This document shows, piece by piece, positions 47,379 through 60,504 of a stretch of 64,000 bases of DNA (within the stretch, counting starts at the first letter, position 1; each line of letters starts with the position of its first letter). The position numbers and the translations under genes are program-made. Where the stretch lies: positions 4,402,001-4,466,000 of the forward strand of contig CM102286.1 of the NCBI GenBank assembly GCA_046563655.1. The letters run 5' to 3'. Under the pieces are notes generated by a model. It had not been told where the DNA came from. It saw nothing but the letters and a program-made list of their open reading frames with translations, and ran no database searches. This stretch comes from Yuukianura sp. NJ FZ-2021 (taxonomy: Eukaryota).

Positions 47379-47587
47379 CAGGGTTCACGACCGTAATCGT
47401 AGCCACACAGTGTAGCCATCCTGGCCAGCTTTTGTTTAGGCAGCTACCTTTGAATGGCAACTTTTGTAGCCACTTTAGCCTAGCGTAATCTAATGCGGCA
47501 ACATGAGTTGTCAAACACTGTAGCCACTATTTGTATCCGCTAACTGGCGTGGCTACACTGCGGCTACATTCGTGTACTTAAACCTTA
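47379..47587. mobile_element. Possible degenerate hAT-like MITE remnant
   Basis: CAGGGTT...AACCTTA ends and several GTAGCCA / TGGCTAC subterminal motifs in both orientations; no TSD found. Confidence 0.3.
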
Positions 47588-48003
47588 CGCCAACCCATTT
47601 TTTATTAGATCATTGGAGTAGTAATACCAACCAATACTAACAAACAAAAAAAAATGCAAGTAGACGTAGAAACACATGGACACCGGGAGATCGACACGAC
47701 ACGGCACCATTCATCATCATCATTGATAATTGGTTTCGCAGTGGGGTGAGACGTGAGATACGATTTTTAGGAAGAAAAAGAAATACTACACGGCTTCCGT
47801 TCCCCATCCCCGCTAAACAAAGTTGTGACAGGCGGACGTGAGACAGGCAGGTGAGACAGTGTGAATGTGAAAGTTGAGTCGGTCCTTGCATCAGATTAGC
47901 TTAGCAGCAGTAAAGTAATTGAAGTATTTTTTGACGGAGCGATTTGTTCAGCGAATTTATTTGTTAATTTAGATCACAGGCGATTTCGTTTTAAAACTCC
48001 GTA

Positions 48004-50043
48004 ATGGAACAACCCGACGTATTGAACAACGTTACGGAAAAGCTGGCGGATGCGGTACGAATAAGTGGCGATGGCGCCCCCGCGGAGGAAGAGGATATCG
48101 TTAATCCGTGGGATGTCAAAACAACATCCGTGGCTGGAGTGGATTACGACAAACTAATAAGTAAGCCTTTATGGACAAGTTGAACTAATAGTATAATATT
48201 ATTTTTAGCTATGTAGTTGTGCTTTGACATTTATTTATTTTTCAACAGGTAGATTTGGCAGTGAGAAGCTTACGCAAGACCTCATCGATAGAATAGAAAG
48301 AGTAACTAAAGTACCCTGCCATCCGTTCATTAGACGTGGAATCGTGTTTAGCCATCGTGATATGCATGCTATTCTTACGAGATACGAAAGTGGAAAACCA
48401 TTCTTTCTGTACACTGGCCGAGGACCGTCCTCTAATGCCATGCATGTTGGCCATCTTGTTCCTTTTACGTTTACGAAGTAAGCAAATGTCTTGACTTTAT
48501 CCGTTTGTTGTTCTGAAATAATATTTAGCATAGTTAATAACTTCCTAAATTCTAGATGGTTGCAAGATGCCTTTGACGTTCCGCTGGTGATTCAGATGAC
48601 TGATGATGAAAAGTTTCTCTGGAAGAATTTGACATTCGAGGAGTGTGCAAAGGTAGCGAATACAATTTTGGCTCTTTACATTTACTTAACTTCGAATTTT
48701 TCTGAATCTAATGAGAATGTATTTTATTGCTTTTAGTTCACTATAGAAAACGTAAAAGATATAATTGCATGTGGATTTGACAAGGACAAGACGTTCATTT
48801 TTTCAGACTACAACTACATCGGGTAAGTCCATGCGTAAACTATAATATAAATAACCAAATAATACATATAATATAACTATCAACTATAAATTACTTAACT
48901 CATCGTCACCTGGCAATGCTTCTTTATCGTTGCAAGTACATCGTAGTAGGGCCAATAAGCAGTAGGCTTTGAATACTAAAAATCAAGTTCACTCGTCATT
49001 TTCTTATTCGTTTATAGGCAATGTCCAGAATTCTATCGTAACATTTCAATGGTGTCACGAAATGTAACGTTTAACCAGGCACGCGGAATTTTCGGTTTTG
49101 CTGATGGCGGTAAGCGTTAATCCGAATTTTTAATATTAAATTATATTTTCTCATGAACGAATATTCTGAAAAGAAATTTTGTGTTGCAGATTGCATTGGA
49201 AAAATCCATTTTCCAGCAATTCAAGCAGCTCCTTGTTTTTCGTCTAGTTTCCCACTAATTTTCAACGGACGGAAAGACATTCCGTGTCTAATTCCATGTG
49301 CAATTGACCAGGTAACTTTCTCCAGTCAGCTTATCTTTTAATCTACTTCGTAGCAGTAATTAAATTCTATTTAATTTTGTGTGTACAGGATCCGTACTTT
49401 CGAATGACCAGAGACGTCGCACCTAGATTTGGCTGTTCAAAGCCGGCACTTATGCATTCAACATTCCTTCCAGCGCTACAAGGAGCACAAACCAAAATGT
49501 CTGCCTCTGACGTGAACTCAGCAATATTTGTTCACGATACAGCAGCTCAAATTAAGAAGAAGGTGGGTTTACGACTTAATGTGACGTTGGAATTGTAACA
49601 ACTAAAATATTTTTTTGCTTCTTTCATCTTTCATGCGTCTTTTTGTTTCCCTTTTCGACAGATCAACAAGTATGCATTTTCCGGTGGAAAAACGACCGTC
49701 GAAGAGCACCGAGAACTGGGAGGAGACTGTGATGTTGACACTTCTTATCAGTATCTAAGATTTTTCCTTGATGACGACGCTAAGCTCGCCCAGATTCGAG
49801 AAGTATTTGTCCTTCCAGTTATTATCACTTTGAAGCTTTTGCCGTTAACTTCTAACGTATAACTATTTTACGTTCTGTTTTTAGGATTATTCCTCAGGGA
49901 AAATGTTGACAGGAGAGCTGAAGGCTTTAATCATTGCGGAATTGCAGAAAGTTGTGGCAGAGTTTCAAGAGAGGAGGAAGAACATCACAGATGAAGTGTT
50001 GCAGGAATTCATGACACCTCGACAACTAAAGTATAAGTTCTAA
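48004..50043 (+). CDS. WARS1: Tryptophanyl-tRNA synthetase, cytoplasmic
   Basis: [31 protein letters not shown] (HIGH), IPCAIDQDPYFR, KMSAS and INKYAFSGG across multiple exons; stop at 50041-50043. Confidence 0.97.
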
Positions 50044-50082
50044 ATGTTCTCTGTTTTCAAAGCACATAACGAATTTAAAGTA

Positions 50083-50324
50083 CAGTAGACTTTCCCACTT
50101 ATTCCATTTGCCAAATACAAAACAATTTCAATTGACAAATACAAAACCCGCACCCGTACACTGGCGGTAAAATGGCAAAATGAAACATGCAATGGCAAAT
50201 GGGGGATTTGCCAATGACAATTTGACCTTATAAAAAATAGACTCATGTAATTTTCTAACCCCAGTGTAGTTCAATTGTATTTTGTTTTGTATTTGGCAAA
50301 TGGAATAAGTGGGAAAGTCTACTG
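50083..50324. mobile_element. Tc1/mariner-type MITE (242 bp) just downstream of the WARS stop codon
   Basis: TIR of about 42 bp, CAGTAGACTTTCCCACTTATTCCATTTGCCAAATACAAAACAA, with TA dinucleotides on both flanks (50081-50082, 50325-50326). Confidence 0.88.
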
Positions 50325-50548
50325 TATTTGGGGTTTGTTACCGTATTATCGAATCTGCCTTGTGGAAACAATCGAATAAAATTGCATCATTCAGTTCCTT
50401 GACGCATGAGTTTTTTTCTGACCCTGCTTCCATAATTTCCTTAAGAATTGGTTTATTTTCGGAGTAAAGTTAAATCAGTAAGTGAAAATCATGAGTTGAT
50501 TAAAAAGTATAGATTGGTAAGATTAGCATTATAGTAGTAAAATGAATA

Positions 50549-52927
50549 TTAAGGCAAGGGAATTCCATTTTTCTGGCAATACTCAACCTTCAGTACTCTT
50601 CGTAACAACTTTCCGGACGGAGCTTTAGGAATTGCGCTTACAAATTCAACGCCTCCCGTCAATTCCTTGTGTCGACTTATTCTTCCTTGAAGAAATTTGT
50701 GAACATCGTCAGCCGTAAGTTTGGGATCATTGGAGACGATGTAGGCTCTTGGAAGTTCTCCAGCCTCAGGGTGAGGAATGCCAATCACTGCTGCTTCAAC
50801 AATATTCGGATGTTGACGCAGGAGATCTTCTAACTCTGCAGGCGCGACCTAAAAAATATCCAGGTCAAGAGTTTCAAAATACAAAAAATATAGATAACAG
50901 AACCTAACAAAAAATAGAAATACAAAAAAAAGCAGAGCAGTGGACGCTTTGCGTATGCGCAAGGAATTTGCAGGAACTTACTTGGTTCCCTCTAACTTTA
51001 ATTAGCTCCTTGACACGGTCAACGATGTAGAAGTATTCATCTTTGTCGTAGTAAGCAATGTCACCAGTATGCAACCACCCATCGGAGTCTACCGTTTCCT
51101 TCGTAGCCGCGTCGTTATTCCAGTATCCTTTCATGACCTTGAAAAATTTCGAAATTGTTTTTTTTTTTTTTTGAAAATATTGCCAAACCTAATTCAATCA
51201 ACATCGAAAGCTAACCTGAGGTCCTTTGATACAAATTTCTCCTCGTTCATTAGGTCCAAGTGTTTTTCCAGTACCATCCGTTGCCACAAGCTTCCCAAAA
51301 GTACTTGGTATTAACGTGCCACAGGATCCTACTCTTGTATTTTTTGTACTCTGAGGTAGTATCATGCATCCAGGACTGAGTTCAGTCATTCCATAAACCT
51401 CCTGGAAGAAAAAGTATTTCCCAGCTTTTTCCAGTAGTTTCTCGATAAGCCATGGGCCAATTGGAGCTGCGCCACCCACTACAGTATGAACGCTTTCTAA
51501 TTCCTTCGAACCATACTCGGGGCTGGAATTAATTAAGGCGATCAGAGGCGTTACGACGTGGAGAATCGTAGGCTGAAAACAGAAAAAGAAAAGAAAAATA
51601 ACCGTATCGCCTAATTCAAATCAAAATTCTATTCTAATGCCTTCTCTTGTAATTTGTACGTAATCCACTGTTAGTGACTTTGTTTCACCTTATGAGTTCG
51701 TACGGCATTGAGGAAGGTTACTGGATCAAACTTAGGCAGGCAAAGCGTAGTGCCAGCAACAATTGGTCCAATAAAAACAAACGTTGTGAGGCCATAGGAA
51801 TGAAAGAACGGTAACACTAAAACCAAAAATTAAACTCATTCATCAGTATTACCAAATACATTTATATTTTTTTAATTAAAGACGACCTACATCCTATAAA
51901 ACGCTCGTCTCTTCCAGAAAATGCGCTTACAGTTATCCCACAGTTTCCTAATGTAAGTTGAACCATTTGAGTAACCAGATTGCTGTGTGTCAAAGCCACG
52001 CCCTTCGGCTTTCCTATAAAGTAAAAGTCAATTTACTAATTTAACTCTATCCGTCAAATTGGAAATCAAGACATGCAGAATGAACCTGTCGTTCCGCTAG
52101 AATAGGGAAGAATGGCAACTTCGCCTGTCGTGTCAATGTCCGCTCCTCGTAAAACTTTTGCCTTGGATCCATCCACTTTGATCATTTCAGTGTACGTGTG
52201 ACATCCCTCCATGGCTTCGCCAAGGACAATCAAATGCGTCAAGCTTGGATTCGTTTTCTGAAAATTCCTTAGGAATGGAATGAATGGCGGAATTGTTACG
52301 ACGCATTTGCACTGTGCATCAGCGACTTGTCGCAGCATTTCCTCTAAAAATTGTCAAAACACAATTATCCATAACTTCAAAGTATTAAAAACTTCCTTGA
52401 AATAACTTTTTTTTTTGAAAATCTTGAAAATACCTGGAGTATACGCTGGATTGACAGTGCTAGGAATTAGGCCAGCTTCCATAACGCCATACAAGATGGA
52501 GGCAAAATGAATGTTATTGGGAAGCACAATTCCCACGGTATCTCTTCTCTGGAGTCCTGCTTCTTGAAGCGCTGCAGCGAAATTCCGGGCATTCCGGAAT
52601 ACTTCTCCATGACTAATTTTTGCTCCAGTTATACCATCTTCCTGAAATTTTAAAAAAAAAATCAAATTCAACAACATAACTGGAAAACTAAAAGTAAAGT
52701 TTGGAATAACTTACGAACGCGATACTTTGTTTGCTATTCGCGAACTTATTGTAGGATCTAACGTATTCTGGAAGTGTTATTCCAACGACTGTTCCAACAT
52801 CCGGATACTTTGACTTCAGTATAATTTCGTCATTTGAAATTGTTCCATTTCCAGTTGTAACAATTCCACGATTTGACGTTTGAACAACAGGCCATGTCCG
52901 GAGACAGATTCTTCGACACAGTAACAT
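50549..52927 (-). CDS. Luciferase-like / 4-coumarate-CoA ligase-like acyl-CoA synthetase (AMP-binding superfamily)
   Basis: [44 protein letters not shown] and [11 protein letters not shown] motifs. Arg-rich N-terminus; the C-terminus (GIPLP) has no PTS1. Confidence 0.92.
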
Positions 52928-53620
52928 CACTTCTGTAGAATCTTCTTCAGCTTTCTGATCAAGCTCTAGACGGACACTGAAGATATGAGAGCTTAGTTTT
53001 TTAGGTCAGCCGACTCTTACGTTTTTTATGTTGTCTACAACAAGGTTCTTGACAGTCCTTGAAGAAATCCTTGATAGAAACTAGAAACTTATTGTCTCTT
53101 ATAAAATTTTTGCTTAGGCGTAACTTTTTGTTCAGTTTGTCGCTCCCCGTTATCAATGCCCATTGGACTGGACCTCTCATCGGACCATTATTACAAACGG
53201 GGAGTAACTACTACCCCATTGAAACTAACATTAAACTTTAACCTTGTCTAGGTTGGCTTTAAGATATGATAGTTATGAGTTTTACGGAAGCATAAAAACA
53301 AGAACAATAGACACGACACAAAAGAAGAATGCAGCTCAACCTGCCCAGCCTCAGGCGGCGGTAATCCTTAAATTGTCTACGAACATGCAACTGTTGTGGT
53401 CAACAGGACAGGGGTTTTCGTGGTATGCCAAACTGAGTTACGTAACTTAAAAAAAACGTTTAACATTGCTTTTCCTGAATTGGAAGACTGCTGTCCGCAG
53501 CCCAACCTCAAATTTTAATTCTTACGATTAGTATAAACCGTACGAATCTAAAAATGATTCCAATTGTATCAAATATGGAGCAGGAGAAACCAAAACCAAG
53601 AAAAGATATAAATCTTAATT

Positions 53621-56600
53621 TTAGTAGCTACGACCAAACAGAGTGTAAGCCAATGGCTTCGAGGTGCACTTGGGGTGAATGCACTTCGTTGCATCTCCGA
53701 TTTCCTTGGGTTGTTTGAAAGGAGTGCATAAACTTTTCGCTCCCATGGCTGGTGCTCCGCTGTCACCGGCTTCTTCCTTGGCACTTTCCTTCTTGATTAA
53801 TTCCTCACATGGAATTGCACCACAGAAAGGAGAGAGAATTATATTCCTCTTGTCCAAATCTCCGCAAAATGTCTTCCAATCTTCGGCAACTGAGATATGG
53901 CTGTCCATTTCAGCCTTAGCTCTGCGTACAAAAAAGACAATTTTTTTTATATAGTTGTAGTTCTTCCAAAGCTTGACTTCTCAAATATTGTACTTACTTT
54001 TGAAACATGCTGTTATGGATTTCCTTGAGGAGATTTGGAATGTCAACCTTCGCAGTTGCGCATTTCAACGTGGCTTTGACTCCATTGTCACGTCTTACTG
54101 CCACGTATTGATTCTCCTTCAGATCTCTTGGACCGATTTCAATTCGAATTGGTACACCCTAAAACAATAGTATTTCAAAAAATTTTAGGTTGTCAATACG
54201 AAATTCTATTCGCATGTTCAGGCACAACGATTTTTCAAATATACCTTCAACTCCCAATCATTAAATTTCCATCCGGGAGAGTAGTTATCTCGAAAGTCCG
54301 CTTCAGCTCTCACTCCAGCCGCCACGAGATCCTGTTCGTGTGTCTTGCAGGCAGTCATAAGTGCATTTCTGTCCTCATCAGTTGTGTTTACGGTAATACC
54401 GCACGGGATGATTACCACTTGAATCATTGCTACACGTGGTGGAATTACTAAACCTTGATCATCCGAGTGTACCATCACCATTGCACCTAAAAAAATAAGA
54501 TGATAACGTGACCCGTTGACTACTCAAGAGGAGGCAAAGTGCGAACTTCGGACTCCGAAGTTACACTATTTGGGGAGAAAGTCCAATAAACAAAAACTCA
54601 GAATCAGCATATATAACAACAGATTTACCGATTGTCCTTGTTGAGAGTCCCCAGGAATTTTGGTACGCAAACTGTTTTTGCTTAGTTTCAGGATCGTCAA
54701 ATGTAATTTCAAACATCTTTGAAAAGTTTTGACCAAGATGGTGAGAAGTAGCGCCCTATGAATTTATTAAAAAACTTCAAATAAATTATTTAATACACCA
54801 GCATTCAAAACATTAATCAACCATTAGCCCTTCGGTTGAGCTTACCTGAAGACCACGGCCAGAGGCAGAGATGTATGCTTCGACAGTCGTCGTGAAGTCG
54901 CCTCCAGGAAACTTTTCCTTTTCTGTTTTCCTTCCCGGAACTACAGGAATTGCCAACAAATCGGTGTAGACTTTCTCATACAAGTCCAGAATTTGGTACA
55001 CTTCTTTGTCCGCTTCTTCGTACGTTGCAAATGCTGTATGACCTTCCTGCCATAAGAATTCTCGCGTCCTCAAAAACGGCTGCGGGTGTTTGAACTCCCA
55101 TCGCACTACGTTGTTCCATTGGTTGAGTTTGATTGGGAGATCCCTGTATGATTGTACCCATTTGGCGTAGGCAGGGTACATAGCAGTTTCAGATGTCGGA
55201 CGAATTGCAACAGGTTCAGCCAGCTCACTATCCCCACTCTTCGTAACCCAAGCAACTTCGGGAGCAAAATCAGCGATGTGGTTCTTCTCCCTCTCCAGCG
55301 CAGCATGACTTACAAATATCGGAAAATAGGCGTTCTTTACTCCAAGCTTTTTGATTTCAGCATCGAACCAATCACGAATAGCTTCCCAAATGGAGTAAGC
55401 CCATGGACGCAAGATGTAACAACCACTGACGTCGTAGTACTCGATCATTTCACCTTTCGTAATAACCTGAAATCCAATGTAACAAATTACATTAACTTTA
55501 TGAATAAACTTTATTTTGTTATTTTGTAATTAATTTGGGTCTTGTTAATGTTGAATTCATTACCTGAGAATACCATTCTGGTAAGTTTTCTGCCTTCTTT
55601 GCCTCCAAACCCAAACGGGTTTGCTTCTTTCCGCCGGATTTCGCTGCTTGCGGCTCTTGTGCTTTTCCTTTGTTGTCCGGTTTCTTAGCGTCTCCAGCAT
55701 CAGGCTTCTGCTTCTTTGGATTCTGCTTGGGACCGTCTTGTTTCGGAGTGTTTTGCTTCTTCGCTTCAGATTCCGCTCCCTTTTCCTTCTTAGGGTTCGA
55801 CTTCGCAGCATCCGGAGATTTTCCTTGCACTTTGCCCTTTGGCTAGGAATGTCAAAAACCAAATTCCAAAATTCTACATCTCTTCATTGAGACTATAATC
55901 GAGATAGTGAAGCAAGTATTACCTCAGCTGCTGGTTTCGGTGGTTCAGTCGTTAGTTTCTTGACGCGACCATCGGTGATTTCGTGAAGAATAAGCGGTTG
56001 TACTTCTCCCGATCTAAAAAAAAAAGAGTAATCATCGTCGTTAGCATATGAATGTCCCAGCACTTTGAAGTATTTCAACAAATGTTTTGTCAGCTTACTC
56101 ATTAGCACTGTAAGGTGCATCACAAATATAGAATTCTTTGCGTTGCAGCTGAATAATGTCGCCTTTCTTTACATGTTTTAAATCCTCATCTCCGAACATC
56201 TCAACCGCAATCTAAAAGAAAGAAAAGTTACACATGATGAATTTGTTAACTCCATTCAATTCAAATGCGAGGCATTGTGTTCCGTACCTTTGTATTTTGT
56301 GCAATGTACTGCTTGAAGTCTTCCTCCTTCCCCAACACAGCCTTGGAAATAATGTTGTCAAAAGTGTAAGCGGTTATGGGAACAAAAGTTGTACCCTTTG
56401 CTTCGCCTAGCCAAGTAATCTTCAGCGTTTTCTTGTAATCCGTGTTTTCCAAGTTAGTTTCAGCGTCAACACTCTCAATGTCTCCTTTCTCATTTCGATG
56501 CAATTTTACGATCTTGATGTTTCCCCAGTTTACAAAAGTGACGTTCTCGCCTTCTTTGAACAAATCAGCATCTGCCTTCTCAACCCAAACCTTAGGAGAT

Positions 56601-59543
56601 CTCCAGACGTTGCGAGTTCCAACGTCAGGATTCTTTGGATGAGCTGGTACTTGTTGGCATTCCTCTTTGGCGTTTGCAATATTGACAAGAATTCGGCCTT
56701 CCTTGACCAGAGCAGTATGTCGAGGGGCAATGGGGTCAATGACCTGCAAAAGCATTGATTCCATGATCTGTGTGTTGAATACGGCAGAAGATGATCTTCT
56801 TACCTTTCTGTTGAAAGCCCAAATCTTGTCCCACTCCATCATGTTCACAGACTTTGAAGATCCTTGAGCTATAATGAATTGCTTGAGTCCTTCCACAGTC
56901 ATGCCACGTCGAATAATTCCGCGAACTGTAGGAAACCTCGGATCGTCCCTGCACAACATAAAATGATGATATTAACTAAAGATCCAGCTATAAACCAATT
57001 TGTAATCCCATTTATCTAATCAAACCCAGCATTGCTTACCATCCGTCAACCAGTTTCTGATCTACGAACCAAGTGAGCTTTCGTTTTGAGAGGACGGTGT
57101 GAGTCAGGTTTAGCCGAGAATATGAGTAAATGTATGGCTTGCGAAGACCCAAAGCCTCAATAATCCAGTAATATTGGGCATCTCGATCATGGTATTCCGT
57201 TGTTCTGAGAGCATGCGTAACACCTTCGATGCTATCCACAATTGGACAGGCAAAATCGTACGTCGGGTAGACACTAAAAAGACAAGTTATTGAAATCAGT
57301 CATGATCTTGCCGTTGTAATGTAATTACATAACAAAGAGAAAATTATAGAGGAAAACTGGCGGTACCGCCTCATTATCAAAGCAATTTACTATATAACAA
57401 CCTAATTAAGTTACAACTTAACAACTTACATGTACTTGTTGCCCGTGCGCGGGTGAGCTTCTGCTTTGCATCGATAAATGGTTGGATCTCGTAAACATCC
57501 GTTGGCCGAATTCATGTCAATTTTCGCTCTTACACAACAGGTCTGTCCAACCTGAGATCCTCTCTTCATTTCCTCCCAGAGTTCCAAATTCTTTGCAACG
57601 TCTTTTAAAAGTAAAAACGATGTTACAACCGAATGATTTTAAGCAACCATAATCATATCATACCATTGTTGCGGTTCTTTGATTCCACTCGCTTCTCGCG
57701 CTCAATCTTCATTGTCTCTGGGTCCGTGTCATCAACGTAAGCTGTTCCATTCCTCAACATTCTTTCACAAAATCCAAGCAGAGCCTCAAAATGATCCGAT
57801 GTATATGTAAATTCATCGGGTGTAATTCCGAGTGTCTTGACATCTTCAAGAATGGCCTAAAATTCAAAATGGACCTCCATTATTAAATACCTTAAAGTCT
57901 CATCTCAGTGGGGCAAGAATCGTATTCAGCTATAGTACTTACGTCTTCAAATTCCACATTTTCTTTTGCTGGATTCGTGTCATCGAATCTAAAGATTAGC
58001 TTCCCTTCAAACATCTGTTGGTAATGTTGATTCAGCAAAGCCGCCTTGGCGTGACCAATATGAAGAAAACTGAAACCATAAGAAAAATTGTTCCAGGCTT
58101 CCAGACAAATACTTCATTTTTATTATTATTATAATTATTAGTAAGTGAAGAGATTAGCATACCCTGACGCCTCCGGAGGAAATCTGACGACAACTTTCCC
58201 TTTCTCAGCCCCCGGTAATTCAACATATTTTCCCTCATCTTTGAAGTTCTTCTTATCGTTGTCTTCTCCTTTACGTTGATTCTTTTTGGAATTGTCCATG
58301 TTGCCCTTACGGTTCGTTGAATGGTCTCCTTCGCCAGAACCCTTCTGTAAAAATAGGACAAGGGTCAAATGTCAATCGAGAAAATCAGTGCCACTGCCAA
58401 GCCAAGAATCAAAGCACTCCCTGAACAGCAGGAAAAGGGAGAAATGATAACTCTCGTGAAGTAAGCCGTGTGCATTGTGTCATCATTCATCGGCATCTCC
58501 ATTCATTTGAACGGATCAACAAGGAGTTACGCACGCATGGGAGACAGATTACGGTCTATGTTGGGCATCACCAACAACGTGCAAAAATTGAAATGTGCAA
58601 AACGATTCGACTAAGATTAATGGATTTAAGCACAGGTTACAGGCACTGAGGCAATTCAATGGTATCCGCGAAATAACACGAAGAAAATTGCTGAAATTAG
58701 TTATCTCACAAACAAGCATTACGAAAATAGAGGAGTTAGATGTCAAATGATAATGATTGTCAAGATATATGGTTTTTACCGATTTACCTTAACTGCGTGA
58801 TTCTTGTCGTCCTCGCCTGTCAAGTCGATGAACTGGATTTTCTTGTCGATGCCAGTAGTATCTACGTAGTTGTTGATCTTTTCCCGAATCAATTTCATCC
58901 ATCTATTGATGTTTGCAAAGTCTGTCTCCACTTAAAGAAAATGTTTGCATTTTAATTCCGACTGCTACCTCCTGCGGCAGAATCAATATTTGCCTTACCT
59001 TTAACGGGAATTAGCTTGTCATAGATTGCTAAGTCCGCGATAGTTAACACTTCGCCGGCCATGAAAGAGCGATTTTTAAGTGAACTTTCCAGATACTCCA
59101 GTTGCTTTTGCCCCGGGATAACAAGATGCTGCTCCGCATATGTCAACCAGTGATCAATCTAAAACAGTGGCGAGCATTACTTTGTTATGAACTTACTACA
59201 AAACTGTACTAAAAAATCAACATACCTGGGTCTTCTGGATCGCAGTTCCCGAGTATAGCCCTTTTGAGGTCTTCAGCGAAAGAATTCGTAGGATTGACGA
59301 ATGCTGCTTAGTGGAGTACTTGTTATTTTCCCAGCACGCTTTTGTTTCGTTTCCCCAAATCAATTTCACCGATGGATCGTTAGCAGTGTTCAACAGGTAA
59401 GCGATTCCTACTTAGAAAAGAACTCAAATCAATTCAAAAAATGAAATCGTATTATGGTATAAAGTTTTCAGTGATCTTCACCGTTTACCGGTACCTTTTG
59501 GAACATTTTCCTTCGCCAAAGTCACCTCCAGATTCATTTGCAT
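53621..59543 (-). CDS. EPRS1: Bifunctional glutamyl-prolyl-tRNA synthetase (GST-like, GluRS, linker, ProRS)
   Basis: GST-like N-terminus (LTIADLAIY), [31 protein letters not shown], then ProRS motifs [23 protein letters not shown] and C-terminal LFGRSY. Confidence 0.96.
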
Positions 59544-60504
59544 TTTGAAATTTTCCGTAATATCCTATGTATCAAATACAACTTAAATGATGAAATGTAT
59601 TGAAGTGTGCTTTTAAATCTAAACGAAACGGTGGTTACCTTCCCCCGATTAGTTACGACCGAACTGAAGAATGAATTAATCTTGAATACTGGATCGTGGA
59701 TCCGTACTTCGGTTGTTGGTTTTCCCCGGTGCTGTGTCGCTGCTTTTCCTGGATTTTTTGTTGTACTGTCGTCAAACTTTTTATTCTTTTCCGCTTGGTC
59801 TGCTAAATATCTCTGGATGCTCAACTAGCAAATAACGCTTTTAATTAAAAATTGTATCCAAAATAAGAATACTAATTAATCGGTCGGGGATACATTTATC
59901 ACAAACCCGGAGCATTTGCCCAAATCTAAAATTCCAATTATTTTGACAGGTCAATCAGAAACAACATTCGGCAATTTTGACTCCGTTCCCATAATTTTTC
60001 TTCCCTTCCTCGTTCCTCATCAATCAGCTGCTTCCTGGATTCAGGATTAAATTTCATAGGTAAGTTTGTTTTTCTTATCTTCATATCATCTTATCCAATC
60101 CAGTAATCCATGCAAATCGTTTTTACAGGTTCTCTTCCACTTCAATGTTATTTTCATTCGGCGTTTGTTTGCATTGTCATCGGATCTCATCATTCAGTCA
60201 AAATCAGTGAAAGTAACGCTAAATAAAACCCCAAAAGTCGAATCCGTACCAGCAGGGCAGGTAAATTCCATTCATGGACCGACTAGATAGATCAGATTTT
60301 CAGAAGTGCTAAATCTTTATGAAGATTATTTTTTATTCCAGAAAGAATTACTCAATAATAGAGAAAGAGGACCATTTCACAGTCGCCGGTGAATCATCTG
60401 AATCTAAACAAAAATAAGGTCATTTGCGGAATTCCTCTTCATTTTGAATATCGTCAACTGATCAAGTACTCTCTTCATTTCCTTCAAAAAGGCTACAAAG
60501 GAAA

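Noticed and set aside
47640..47880. Possible Pol III or snRNA gene upstream of WARS (TGATGA run, minus-strand T-run, repeated GTGAGAC)
   Set aside because: No match to snRNA or snoRNA sequences I can recall and no paired box D; more likely promoter motifs.
48004..59543. Functional cluster of adenylate-forming enzymes (WARS, acyl-CoA synthetase, EPRS)
   Set aside because: Unrelated folds and mixed orientation; no evidence beyond proximity in a gene-dense region.
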